DNA of 64,000 nucleotides, from assembly GCA_900088475.1 (NCBI GenBank), contig FLMG01001956.1:143876-207875 (forward strand), in the 5' to 3' direction. Made by a program: the position numbers and the translations under genes. Source of the DNA: Hyphochytrium catenoides (Eukaryota; Protista; Hyphochytriomycota). Below are positions 12,742-24,063 of the stretch, one piece after another; position 1 is the stretch's first letter; each line of letters opens with the position of its first letter. Under the pieces are notes generated by a model. The model was not told the origin of the DNA and did no database searches. It saw nothing but the letters and a program-made list of their open reading frames with translations.

Positions 12742-13019
12742 ATGGGACTCATCAGATGGCTGCAAGTGAAGCACTACCAGTATAACCTGTGGACAAGTCT
12801 CTATATGCTTGACCCCTGGGAAAGAGCGCTTTTCAGTATCCTTCACCACAAATTCTTCTACGCTTATCTGCGTCCTGAGACTGACAACACCTCATTTGAA
12901 GTCTCCTTGACTCCCTCTAAGACACTATAGTGACTCTTGGTACCTTCTGCTTCTGGTACTACGTATACACACGGCTGGACACAATGCGGGCAGCTCTAGG
13001 ACTGGAAAGCGGACTGTGA
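12742..13019 (+). CDS. SPTSS: Serine palmitoyltransferase small subunit (SPTssa/ssSPT-like), 63 aa, exons 12742-12835 and 12922-13019
   Basis: Spliced product MGLIRWLQVKHYQYNLWTSLYMLDPWERALFN TIVTLGTFCFWYYVYTRLDTMRAALGLESGL*; YQY...LYMLDPWER..FN is the family signature, followed by one TM helix. Probable 5'UTR intron at 12632-12701. Confidence 0.9.
12836..12921 (+). other. U12-type (minor spliceosome) GT-AG intron, 86 nt
   Basis: 5' splice site GTATCCTT; branch site TCCTTGAC at 12904-12911 with the A 11 nt before the intron end; removal restores the conserved FN and TM helix. Confidence 0.9.
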
Positions 13020-13210
13020 TGATACAGAGACTTCTATTACACTGTCACTAAAGGACGGCCCTATGTCCCAGAGCAGGAAAGCGATAGAGGTACACAACAT
13101 AGCCTCATTCAAGTACGGGGAAATGCTCTGGTATATTATTAGTGCTCAGGAATGAGTTAAAACTAGCCGAAGCATCAATAAATAAGGGCCCAGCGTGACA
13201 TTCATGCTGC

Positions 13211-14713
13211 TTAGATGAGCTCAATCTGCACAGCGCCAATGACTACACCCAAAATGCCACCGAGAAGTACGAGCTTCCATTCATCCTCTTGAAAGACAGG
13301 GTGAAGAAGATTCTCGAACTCCCGGCTTGGGAGGTTGCCTACGGATGTCTCTAGAGTCTCTTGCACCTCAAGGGCTTCCATAACATAGGACTGCAAGTGC
13401 TCCACGGAGATTGGTAGGAGCTCCACAACCTTCTTTGAAAACTCGTCCCTCATCGCGTCATACTCGGCAGAGCCCATGGTAACACGAACAATGGGCTGAA
13501 GCTTGCCGAAGCGCTCATCTACTGCGGCCTCAATGTGGTTGTAGATAAGAGAAACTAGCACATCCGCGCACCGGCCCTTAACCATCGCCTCAGCAATGTT
13601 CTGCGGATTTAGAAAGTCACGGGCTGCAATCCTCGCATACTCCCTGGCAACCTCCTTTTGGTGGCGCAGGAAGAGACCATGGAGCTTCAAACCGCAGATA
13701 TACACAGGATCAATGGGTCGGAAGATCATAGCAAGAGCGATAGCATTGGTGAGAGCCCCAACTACCAAACCAATGACAGGGAAGGAGATAACTCGAAGTA
13801 GCATATCATCGTTGATCTGTTCTCCCTCTGGGGTGTAGTTGTTGACCTGGAAGCCCAAAAAGAGGGCCAACTGCATGACTCCAAAGATAAAGCCCATAGT
13901 AGCACCAGAGTTACGGATGAAGGTGAGTTCCGCATGACCACAGGTGATGAACATCTGGTTCAATAGCTCTGGCCGCTTCTTTCCAGCCTCTACGACCATC
14001 TCCTCAATGTCTAGCAGATCTTCAATGTTGTTTCGCACGTCATCGATCATCTTCTCGATAATTGGTGGTGCATCCTCGAGAATCTTCTGATACAGCTCTT
14101 CCTTTATGCCATTAGGAATCATTCCCCACAACTTAGGGTTATACTTGGTGGCGATGGCGTCAACCATTTCTTTAGTATGGGTCTGCATCATAGGGCCAAG
14201 CTCCTGTGCCACTCGAATGGGCTCAACCTTTCCAAACATCTCCTTAACGTTGATGAGCTTCGTGGTCATCAGTTTTACAGCTGTCCGAGCCATCTTCTCC
14301 GCCTTGGAAGGCACGATACCCTGCCAGCCCGGAAGACCAACGTTGGCCCAGGTCTTGCTGTTCTTTAGCTGGTAGAAGCCCTTGAACTCAATGGGGTAGA
14401 AAGTCATCCATAGGGCAAGCCAGATATGGAAATAGGTAAATATGACACTGACAAACGGGATAGAGAAGAGAGCCAGGTTGGTAAGTAGGTCAAAGTGTTT
14501 CCCCAGCTTTTCTTCCAGCGTTGGAGTTAAAAGGACTATTGCTCCGATGCACAGACCAGTTACGGCGATCATCACCACCAGCTGCCAACTGCAAGCAGGG
14601 ATGAGGCCAGGGAACTTGATATCCTCCTTGGCCCCGCTTTCCAGATTGTCAACCAGATTTTCATCCAGCCTTCTGGGAGTCTCTTCAAGGTTCTTCTTTT
14701 GTTTATAGCCCAT
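13211..14713 (-). CDS. DUF445 / YheB (UPF0754)-like membrane protein, intronless
   Basis: Single 500-aa ORF with two related halves: ALWMTFYPIEF...GWQGIVPSKAEKMA and AIALAMIFRPI...LHGLFLRHQKEVA; ends in EFENLLHPVFQEDEWKLVLLGGILG, typical of DUF445 proteins. Confidence 0.8.
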   Translation of the reverse strand: MGYKQKKNLEETPRRLDENLVDNLESGAKEDIKFPGLIPACSWQLVVMIAVTGLCIGAIVLLTPTLEEKLGKHFDLLTNLALFSIPFVSVIFTYFHIWLALWMTFYPIEFKGFYQLKNSKTWANVGLPGWQGIVPSKAEKMARTAVKLMTTKLINVKEMFGKVEPIRVAQELGPMMQTHTKEMVDAIATKYNPKLWGMIPNGIKEELYQKILEDAPPIIEKMIDDVRNNIEDLLDIEEMVVEAGKKRPELLNQMFITCGHAELTFIRNSGATMGFIFGVMQLALFLGFQVNNYTPEGEQINDDMLLRVISFPVIGLVVGALTNAIALAMIFRPIDPVYICGLKLHGLFLRHQKEVAREYARIAARDFLNPQNIAEAMVKGRCADVLVSLIYNHIEAAVDERFGKLQPIVRVTMGSAEYDAMRDEFSKKVVELLPISVEHLQSYVMEALEVQETLETSVGNLPSREFENLLHPVFQEDEWKLVLLGGILGVVIGAVQIELI

Positions 14714-17700
14714 GGCTGCAAGTAAAGAAGTCTGTCCGACTCACAAGCTGATCTAAAGAAGCTTGCTGCTCAGTGCTATAATGCAAATGGAAAAACAGAT
14801 TATGGCAGCAGGATGCATCTGCCCCCTTTTACGGCGATCCCATGAAGACCGACTCTACGATATTGCAAGTAGTAGTTCTAGTAGTGAATCCTCCCTAGGC
14901 TGACAAACCCTTGTTTCCCTCCCTTTCCGCTGATATCTATGCCAAGGTCCTTGTCCAGGGCAGGCAAGATGCACAGTAGGAGAGGCTGTTATAGAAATCG
15001 CATTCTACTGGTACATAGCGGGGACTGAATGAGGTAGCTGCCTCACACCTTCATTCCACTGTCAAGGATGTCCAACGTCCTACCGACTTTGGGCGAGGGG
15101 CTTCAAAAATTTGAGATACGGAGCAGACTTTCCGAAGAAGAAAGCTTCTGCGCAGAACGAAGACCAGAAATTACTATCAATTGAGTCTGCGTCTGCTGGA
15201 TGCTCTCACAATCACGCTCTCTGTAGCTAGAGAGCCAGAGGTTTCCACTATGACACGCTTTCAGAAAGTCAAAAACCATGGTCATGATCTCCATCTTTCC
15301 ATTGGCTGCCCTTAGGTTCTTCCAAACAAAGCTCTCAATAGAACTATCATACAACAGGCCCCATATCCTCGAGGTGAATGTTCTCTTCCACTTCCTGTCT
15401 CTCTTGCTTTCTCACGCTTTCTTCGCTATTGTTTGACAGTAGCCCTCGTTCTCTCTGTCTCTCGGACTGTCTGTCGTTTATTCCTACCTCTTGTAGTGAC
15501 AGCAGAGAGTCAGTCCGCCGCCTCCGCTCCACCTGTTGTTATGGTCACTTTCTTATCCCTGTCAATGGTCAAAGCATCTCCCTTAGGCCCTCCCTGATTG
15601 GTCAATGGCATAATAGACACAAGGGTTCTTCTGAGGGAGACAATGTAGGAAATAGCAGATCCGGAGAGATGGCTCTGTCAGAGTTTAGTCTCCAGAACCG
15701 AGAATAATCCGGATTTATGCATGTGAGCCATTACAGCTGTTTGTCAGCTTCCTTTAAGATTCACTTATTCTTGAATATAGCACTTCCTATTCTTCCATGG
15801 GAGCCATAAGGCATTAATGTATTAGTGATAGCAAATGTAAGCCTAAATAGCCTCTAGCTCTCTAAACCGATTCCGCAATCGCCCCATTATAGGCCTCGGT
15901 CATCTTCCTGATTGCACGAGAAGAATGGTTGAGGACAAATAGAGCTTCAGTTTGCCTTCTCGGAACCCACCCTCCTCCATCATCTAAGGCCTACCTTTAC
16001 AATTTACGGAGTACAAAGGTATGGAACCCCATCATACAGACAAACAGAAGGTTCAGGACTCACACACTCTTCCACACACCTTAGTTCATAGGGGAAATAG
16101 TAGAAATCGTAGAAGAGTGCAAGCTCTTCTTCTATGAGAACCTCTTTAATGTTTCCAAGAAAGTGAGTGAGATGCCAAGTTGAGTGGAACTATGACAGAC
16201 TCTGGAAAAAAGACTTTAATGTGATTTTGGCGCGTTGAATCGACAAGTGTCACAGGTTGACTTGCATGCTTTGGACATGCCATGATCCTACCTTATTAGG
16301 ACTTGAAAGAGACATGCTTCGTACCCTTTGATACTTGTACAGAAAGGAAAACGCTTCATAATCTTGTTCCACATGCTTCTTTGACTTGAGCGCCAGTCAT
16401 TGGCGCCGTTAGAGCTGGTCACCAGAGACAAGCAAGTATTGCTGATGATTGACTCAGCGTGCCAGTCAGCTTTCAGGTCCTTGTTGACTTCTTGTTCATG
16501 CAAGTTGGTACGATTCTTTAGAAAGCCTGGCAGACAACAGCTGAGAGGACAATACTCATTCATCAGGTGGACCCTTTCTAATGGTTGTTCTAGGCGTATG
16601 CTTGTCACATTGTCAGATGCAAGTTCAAGCACCTTGAAGTTTAATGATGAAGATTGACAGCAATTGACTTCTAACCACAGCGCAGGGTTAGCTTCAAACC
16701 GTAGCATATAGAATATGATTGCCATGTGCTTGATTGTGTCTTTTTATAAATGCGAAAGACTATGATGACCCATCGTTTTATTAATCATAGAGTGAGAGAA
16801 GAAAAGAAGATGCGACCATACAAACTGCTGACAGAGGCTGTTGTTGACATGTACTGCTATGTTGTTTCTTCATCATCTGTGACCTTTTACAAGTCGCTCT
16901 CCTGACATCCTTGTCATCCATAGTAGTAGTGCTTCCTTCTTTGATCAGCTAGCCTTGACATCACCTCCTGTACTGTAATGGTGGTACACCTAAAAACAGT
17001 TTTGATGAAGAAGAAAAACTAACACCACCAGATAAAGAAGCAACAAGAAAGAAGGAACTTCAAAAGCAGCGAAGGAAGCAGCCACCTACAGACTAGAGAG
17101 CCATGTCGTCAATCAGTTACTGTGTGATGGTATTGTCACCTGTCCAGGAATCCAGGAATCTTCATGTCAGGGTTATTATCAAGAAAACTGCTGTTAGTCG
17201 CTGTTCTGGAGGGCCATAGGGTAGGGATGATGCCTTTTGTGGCTAGCTAACAGCTCTAATATAGGACTGATTCTAGAGACAAAGAGATCTTATCATAGGA
17301 AGAATTAAGATCAATACATGGCAGTGCGTCCAAGCTATAGTGCGGCCTCATGTCTTCATATACGAGCTCCGAAGAAGGGTGCCTACATCCTCCGGCCTCC
17401 GCTCTTCGGCTCTTGCATAACAAAACAGTAAATTCTTGAGAAAAAATAGAGAGTAAGACCTCTTCACGTCTTCTTCCTGACATCGCCAGCCCTCTTCCGT
17501 TGCTCCCCAAGGGTTTTAGTTAGTTGCCGCTTCGCCTAGAAAATATCACTCTTTGAATAGGACTCCGCCCATTACAGACCTTCTGCTTCTTTTTAGTGAG
17601 AAGTATGTCCTTCTGCTTCCATTAACTGAGGAGTAATCTGTCATTACCGCATCTTTTCCGCTAATCTACGAATTTTATAGAAATACGTATCAGCAGCAGT

Positions 17701-20700
17701 AAGATGTCCTCGCTACTGCCGCTGTGTACCTTGCTGCTGATCGAGAGTAGCTAGACCGCTGCTAGTGTTGGTTGCTATTAGTTTGAAATAAAATACACCT
17801 GTCCTCATCCATCATCAGACTCAGATCAGTATCTGAACAGGCTGTTATGATCCTGAGAAGGAAGGTGATTGCCTGTGGGACAACAGTAGTAAGTACTATA
17901 ATCACTCTGAGAGATCATCATCGACGGCTATCCCTGTTTTTTGTTGATGGCTTCCTCAATCATCCTGAGCATTACTGTCCACCACTGGTGGCCGTTGGAA
18001 GAAGAAGATGCATTCGACCTTCTCAATCTTCCAGAGTATTGTTGGCCACCTGCGGTGAGAGGAGAAGATGCAGCCGGAAGTAATAGCAACAGTATGATAA
18101 ACATGCTGGTACGAGTCTTGTTACTTCCTTTCCTCTTCTTAGGGTAGTAGCCAGCGTCGTCCGTCCGTCGTCGCTAGATTAAAAAAGAGGACATCGAGTT
18201 TTGGTTAGCGTGTAAAGTGGTGAGACTAGCGTATCACTATGATAGTCATCAGAAGAAAGACAGAGGTGAATATAATCAACAAGTAAGAATGAATGGGTGC
18301 CCTCTCTGGCTACACCGTTCCCCATCATCCCGGGTTATTGGTTGTAGAAGGGCACGACGCAACAACGACAAAGAAGGTAACGACCACCACTACCAGCTGC
18401 TAGTAAGGAATAATAAGTAGTATATACGAGCCAATAGTCACCAGATGGCAGCAGTAGGTTCTGCATAGAAATGGGTCATGAGTAGGGACCCTTCTAACAA
18501 GTCGGAGCTATTTATTATGGAGCACTACTGGTGATGAAATCTGGGGCCATGTAATGTCATGAAGGATGCTACTGCTACTAGCATCTTTTTTGGTTGTGGG
18601 AAGAGTAAGGCGGAGGAATTGCTGAGGGTCTGCCGCGCAACCTCATCAGCAGCCAGAACCACCAAAGTGGTAGGTTCTAGTGCATATAGATCTACTAGAA
18701 AGAATAGCCATCCCAATAGCAAGTAAGTTCTAATTATCCTCATGACTGTCTTGTAACCACCACGACGAGGACTCACAACCAACCCTGCAACTGTTTTCTT
18801 GGGGAGTTTCTTGGCTTCAGCACTAGTAGTATGTCCTATTATTCTGCTGCTGGGGAAGGAAAACAGCTTGCTTTCATATCAGTTCTTCTCTTTGGAAGTA
18901 CTTGACTTGCAAGTGCAGCAGCCAAGACAAGCAAGATACGAACAAATGGGGCTTGTAGCACTAAGCACTACTACTATGTCGTCCAATTTAGCGGTGTTGC
19001 AACAAGGAGCAGCATCCATACACCAGTTCTAACAAATGGTAGTATAGACGTACTTGATCATCGGTACTTCGAACTATTATCTCTAGTGGCTTTGACAAAT
19101 AAAAAAGTGGAGAATGATGGTTAGGCGGGATCGGAGTGGCGTTGCAGCAGACTCCTCATTGTTGATAGAGGAACGACTATGGGATCGTGTCATTACGTAA
19201 GCGCACTGCAAGGCCAGCATGTGTTGGCGTGGGTAAACTTAATTGAGATAGCACCCTGGTAGCGTCGGTCTTCAACATACACCGCGCAGGAGGGCATCAG
19301 GAGTCAAGCGCCACCACCATTGACCAAGACGCTCCTAGAAAAAAGCAGGCCATCCCACAATACTTGTGCCGGTAGACGCTCTCCTTTTCTGCCGGTATAT
19401 TTACTACTAGCTAATCATCAGCCCTCATTCTTATTGTTAGGAACAGCTTTATTTTACAGGGAGGATACGAGATCTCGGGACGAACTGACCACCACAACGT
19501 GTAATAAAAAGCAGAGATCACGATCTCCTTGCCGAAGGGCCAGGACCACAATCATGGACTGCAAATTGCTTGCTCGCTGAATATTGCCGTTTCATGGATA
19601 CTTCTCAGCAACTTGCAGAAGATAGGTAAATAAGAATAGTCTTACTTTTGATAGATAGTTCTAGGTAGAAAATCAACAGAGATAATGATAGTGTGACGCT
19701 ACGCTAGCATCCTCAACCATACGATCAAGGTAAGTAGACGATTTACTAGAAGGCCAAAAAGTTCTTCTACCTGACGGTGAGTTCCTCTCCCCTTTCCTTG
19801 TTGCCAACGCCTTGATGAGGCTTCTCTTCCCTTCCTACACTATCTGATACCAGCCTTGTTTGGCATCCTGCATGTGTTTGGAGGACCATGTAGTACTTCC
19901 TCTGTAATAATGCCCTGAGCCATCCTATGGATGATCTAACGACGACGAAAGCAAGAACCGAACCTAGATAACAACGACAGAGAACTTCAGAAAGGCGCTT
20001 TTGTGTTACCATCTCTTCTTTCCTGCTATGATCATCCTGCTGTAGCTCTAGAATGATTGCAGCAAACTTCTCGACCTAATAGAACTACCTACCTGATAAC
20101 AGCACGTGATATCTCAAGGGCACTTGCCTCCACAAAAAATTGATTACAGTCCCCCAATCTAAACACTTGTTTTTCATCCTGCGTGGGACTGTGGAGACTA
20201 TAGGCAACACTACTAATAAGAAGGATCAGGCAGAGGAGGAGGATCACCATTCTTCAGTCAATAATAAGCATAGGATGCGCCACGATATGTCGTACTTTTC
20301 TTTCGCTTTTACAGGTAGAAATGCAATATTTTCCTAGCGGAGCCCATAGTAGAAAAATCTAAAATAGAACTAATAGTGATCTGCACTTTTGCAGCCATCG
20401 CTAGCTGATCTCAACCTATCATCCCAATCTGAGTTGATCACCTCTTCTTAGTAGCTGTGGATGACCTACGTACTTTTTGAAAGCCTTTAACCGCCTGTCG
20501 CTATCAGGTGGACTGATCTTGATATCGAAAAGCTGGAGTCAAGCTCTTGAGCCGCCGTTGATTGGCGAACCGAGGGGCGTCAGACGTCAGATGACCTCTC
20601 ACTTTGGACCACCATGGAACACGCCCAAGAGGGTGGTAGTTGTTCCATCACCTGACCTGATATGGTGCTGCCCTGTACATACCATACAGACCCTTCTCCA

Positions 20701-21866
20701 GAAGTGTCGCTAGAAGCCTGTCCCTGCAGCTGGTGTGGGGCCTTCACCCTGGATTACTCCATCAGCAGCCTCTGATTGGTCGGTGGGGATGCGTCAACAC
20801 TCTCACAAAACGGGTAAAATAGCCGCCCTTTCACACCTAAAGTAGTAGAATTTCCTAGCTTGACCAGTCTACCCTAGCATCTTCTTACTATGCTCAGATG
20901 CAGAGATAATTCAGTTGGTCTATAATAATAGTATACCTTGCTCATCCTGCCCTCCTACTTTGAAATGGACTTGACACCACATTTCTGTTCTGTATTTCTA
21001 CTCGTAGGCTTTACAATGGGTTCTAGTAATAAAATAACACAACTAGCTTTTCTCTACCTTCCTCTTTCTCAGATCCTTTCTCCTTCTAGGACAGGTCCCG
21101 CAAGCTCTATCGTACACATAGAGGGGTCAGTCGCTACACCCATAATAATAGTAGGCATTATACAGCACGTCCATCAAAGCGAAGTGAGGAATAGCCGCGG
21201 AATGGTAATACTCTGTGCTTGGCCTTCCGTGTCTGTTCTTACATCGGAGCCGCTGAGATTTTCTTGAAGTTCAAAATTGTAGGTTGGAGGCGTAGTAAGA
21301 AAGCTCCATTGGCCCTTTAGCTCTAGTCTATCTACTCACTCCGTAATAGTAGTGGTTCTTCCCTTCCCTTATCTAACATTTCCCTCTAAACCTGAGAACC
21401 ATGGTATGTCCGTGTTGTAAACAGGCATTGTCTGTGATTATTGTGCCCTTTCTTGCATCAGAACTGATCCCAGCAGAGCGGAGCTGAGAGGACAAAGGAA
21501 GCACGATTGAGGCAGATCTTAACTGCCAAACAGGAGGCTGGTTTACCTCCTTGCTTGGAAGCGGTGAGGCGTCATTGAGAGACAACGGAGAGAGGGATCT
21601 TTTGGATGCCAGTCCACCACAAAGGGATTGAGATTGATAGCTGCGATCCTGCATTCTGAACCGCCTCCTACTGGCCTGCTTCTTCCCTATCTCTACAACC
21701 CGGCCATTGTCTTTTAGGTCGGGAAGCCACAAGGTTAGCCATGAGCGCAGCGCTCGATATCCAGCATTAATCAATTTCCAGACCATCACACAACTGCTTT
21801 CAGCACCTTGCCGACTTCAGCAGTAGGCCAAAGGAAGCTCATTTGGTTGCTCCCTCAACGGTCACA

Positions 21867-23573
21867 ATGAGGGTCTCTCAAGGGTTCAACCTCGCAGCCC
21901 TGCTGGGTGCTGTAATGTTCGCTGCAGTTGCGGCGCAGGACGCTATTGACTACCTCACCGCGGACCAGACGATCACGCTCACCATAGATGGTCAGAACAA
22001 AACTCTACCCTGGGGCACCTTCCTGCAGACGTTGGCACAAGTCAAGTCTAAGGATGGCACTAGCTGCACCAACGGAGAAACTTGCGGGGCAGTGGCCTTG
22101 CAGACGGATCTAGACCGCGTGAATACGAGCATCAACATCGCTTGGCTTCTGCTAGGTTCATATATGGTCTTCCTGATGCAGGCAGGTTTCACCTTCCTGG
22201 AGCTTGGATGCGTCAGTTTGAAGAACACGAAAAACATTATCGTGAAGAATCTGGGCGACTGCTGCATTGGCGCTCTGGTCTGGTGGGGTTGGGGTTATGC
22301 CTTTGGTCTCTCTGGGACGAATACCTTTATTGGTAACACTTTCTTCTTCCTGACGAATGGCTTCCAGGACGGCGTAGCTGGAGATGCCCTTGCGTCTGTT
22401 GCCGGTGGTTACAATGGCTATAACTACGCAACTTGGCTGTTCCAGTGGGCATTTGCGTTGAAAGCTGCCTCTATCACCTCGGGTGCAGTTGCCGAGCGTG
22501 TGAATACATACGGGTACTTCATTGGTACCTTCTGCATTGTCAGCTTCATCTATCCAGTCGTAGTACACTGGTGCTGGTCTGCCACTGGCTGGGCTAGCTC
22601 CTTCAACACCGATGTTTCAGCCAAGCTCTTCCGGGTCGGCGTAATTGATTTCGCTGGCTCGGGAGTCATCCACACTACCGGTGGAACATGTGCTTTGATT
22701 GCTGCTATCATCTTGGGCCCAAGAAAGGGAAGATTTGACTCGGCCGGCCAGGTAGTTGATTTACCCATGCAGTCCGTGCCATTCCAGTCTCTCGGAACTC
22801 TTCTCCTGTGGTTCGGCTGGTATGGATTCAATTGCGCATCTACTCTAGGACTTAAGGGTACTCTCGCTGACGTTGCAGCCAAGACCGCCGTCACTACAAC
22901 CATCGCTGCAGCAGCTGGTGGCATTACCTGCGTGGTACTTGGAGTCGTAGTAGGCGTCCGCGGCCTCAAAATAGTCAACCCCGTGCTAGCCAACAACGGC
23001 ATCCTTGCTGGGCTAGTCGGCATTACGGCTGGCTGCTCCACCGTTGATATCTACGCCGCCTTTGTCATTGGTGTTGTCGCGGCAGCATGCTACTTCTTCT
23101 GCGACCAGCTCCTTCTGAGGCTACGCATTGATGATGTTGTCGGCGCTGTCCCAGTTCACCTCGCAGCTGGGGCCTGGGGCATGATTGCTACGGGACTATT
23201 CGCAACCAAAGAGAACTACATGATGGCATATTTTGATCTTGGGGATGACACCCCTTGTGGCCTTTTCTACTCCGCATCTTGCAACGGCCTCGGTGGCCGT
23301 CTGTTTGCTGCTCAGCTAGTCTTTGTTCTTGCCGTCATCGCCTGGGCTGGGGGTCTGGCCTTCATCCTGTACTTTAGCCTGCGCATGATTGGCATGCTTC
23401 GTGTTTCTGAGGAGATTGAGGAGCTTGGAATGGACCACTCCGTCCATGGTGGCCACGCATATGAGTACAACCCCACCACCACTACTGAGTATAAGAAAGC
23501 AGTAGCTGCAAAGAAGGTGGAGGAAACCGAGGAGTATGTTGAGTCCACCACGCCAGGAGGAGGAGTAGTGTAA
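21867..23573 (+). CDS. AMT: Ammonium transporter (Amt/Mep/Rh, AMT1-like), intronless, with N-terminal signal peptide
   Basis: MQAGFTFLE, SGAVAER, IDFAGSGVIH, LLWFGWYGFN, NGILAGLVGITAGC, RIDDVVGAVPVH and EELGMDHSVHG; twin His intact. First ATG is 21867 (the ORF track starts at an upstream TTG). Confidence 0.96.
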   Translation: MRVSQGFNLAALLGAVMFAAVAAQDAIDYLTADQTITLTIDGQNKTLPWGTFLQTLAQVKSKDGTSCTNGETCGAVALQTDLDRVNTSINIAWLLLGSYMVFLMQAGFTFLELGCVSLKNTKNIIVKNLGDCCIGALVWWGWGYAFGLSGTNTFIGNTFFFLTNGFQDGVAGDALASVAGGYNGYNYATWLFQWAFALKAASITSGAVAERVNTYGYFIGTFCIVSFIYPVVVHWCWSATGWASSFNTDVSAKLFRVGVIDFAGSGVIHTTGGTCALIAAIILGPRKGRFDSAGQVVDLPMQSVPFQSLGTLLLWFGWYGFNCASTLGLKGTLADVAAKTAVTTTIAAAAGGITCVVLGVVVGVRGLKIVNPVLANNGILAGLVGITAGCSTVDIYAAFVIGVVAAACYFFCDQLLLRLRIDDVVGAVPVHLAAGAWGMIATGLFATKENYMMAYFDLGDDTPCGLFYSASCNGLGGRLFAAQLVFVLAVIAWAGGLAFILYFSLRMIGMLRVSEEIEELGMDHSVHGGHAYEYNPTTTTEYKKAVAAKKVEETEEYVESTTPGGGVV

Positions 23574-24063
23574 AGGCTGTTGGGCCTCTTAGTAGACCTA
23601 CATCGGTTAGATGCGGGGGGTATGTCTTTCCCTGCTTGCGCTTTGTTCTATAATGCTATCAACTTCACTATAATATATATATTGGCTTCTATCAAACCGT
23701 GTATGTTCCGGAACTGTCGTCTCCGACCTCGGCAGCCCACATCTTGACAGAGCGGAGAGTATGGGTGAGCAAAATCTCCAAGGAATCTGGCAGAGGTATA
23801 GAACAACTCCCGAGGAGTCGGCAGAGGTATAGGATGCCGGTCCGCCGTTTCCCCTGGCAGGACTCGTAAACTGAAGAAAGAAGGAGCAAGGTCTCAGACA
23901 TATCCAATTCCTTCTTGCAATCTTCATTAGTTAGGCTTTTAGCACCTATAGGGAGGAATATGGGGGTAGGTACCTACCTTCCCATTCATGCTCTAGCGGG
24001 CTCACACACTTGAGATTCAGGAGGTTACAATTTCAATACTTTCCCTTCATATGCCCTTCGCCC

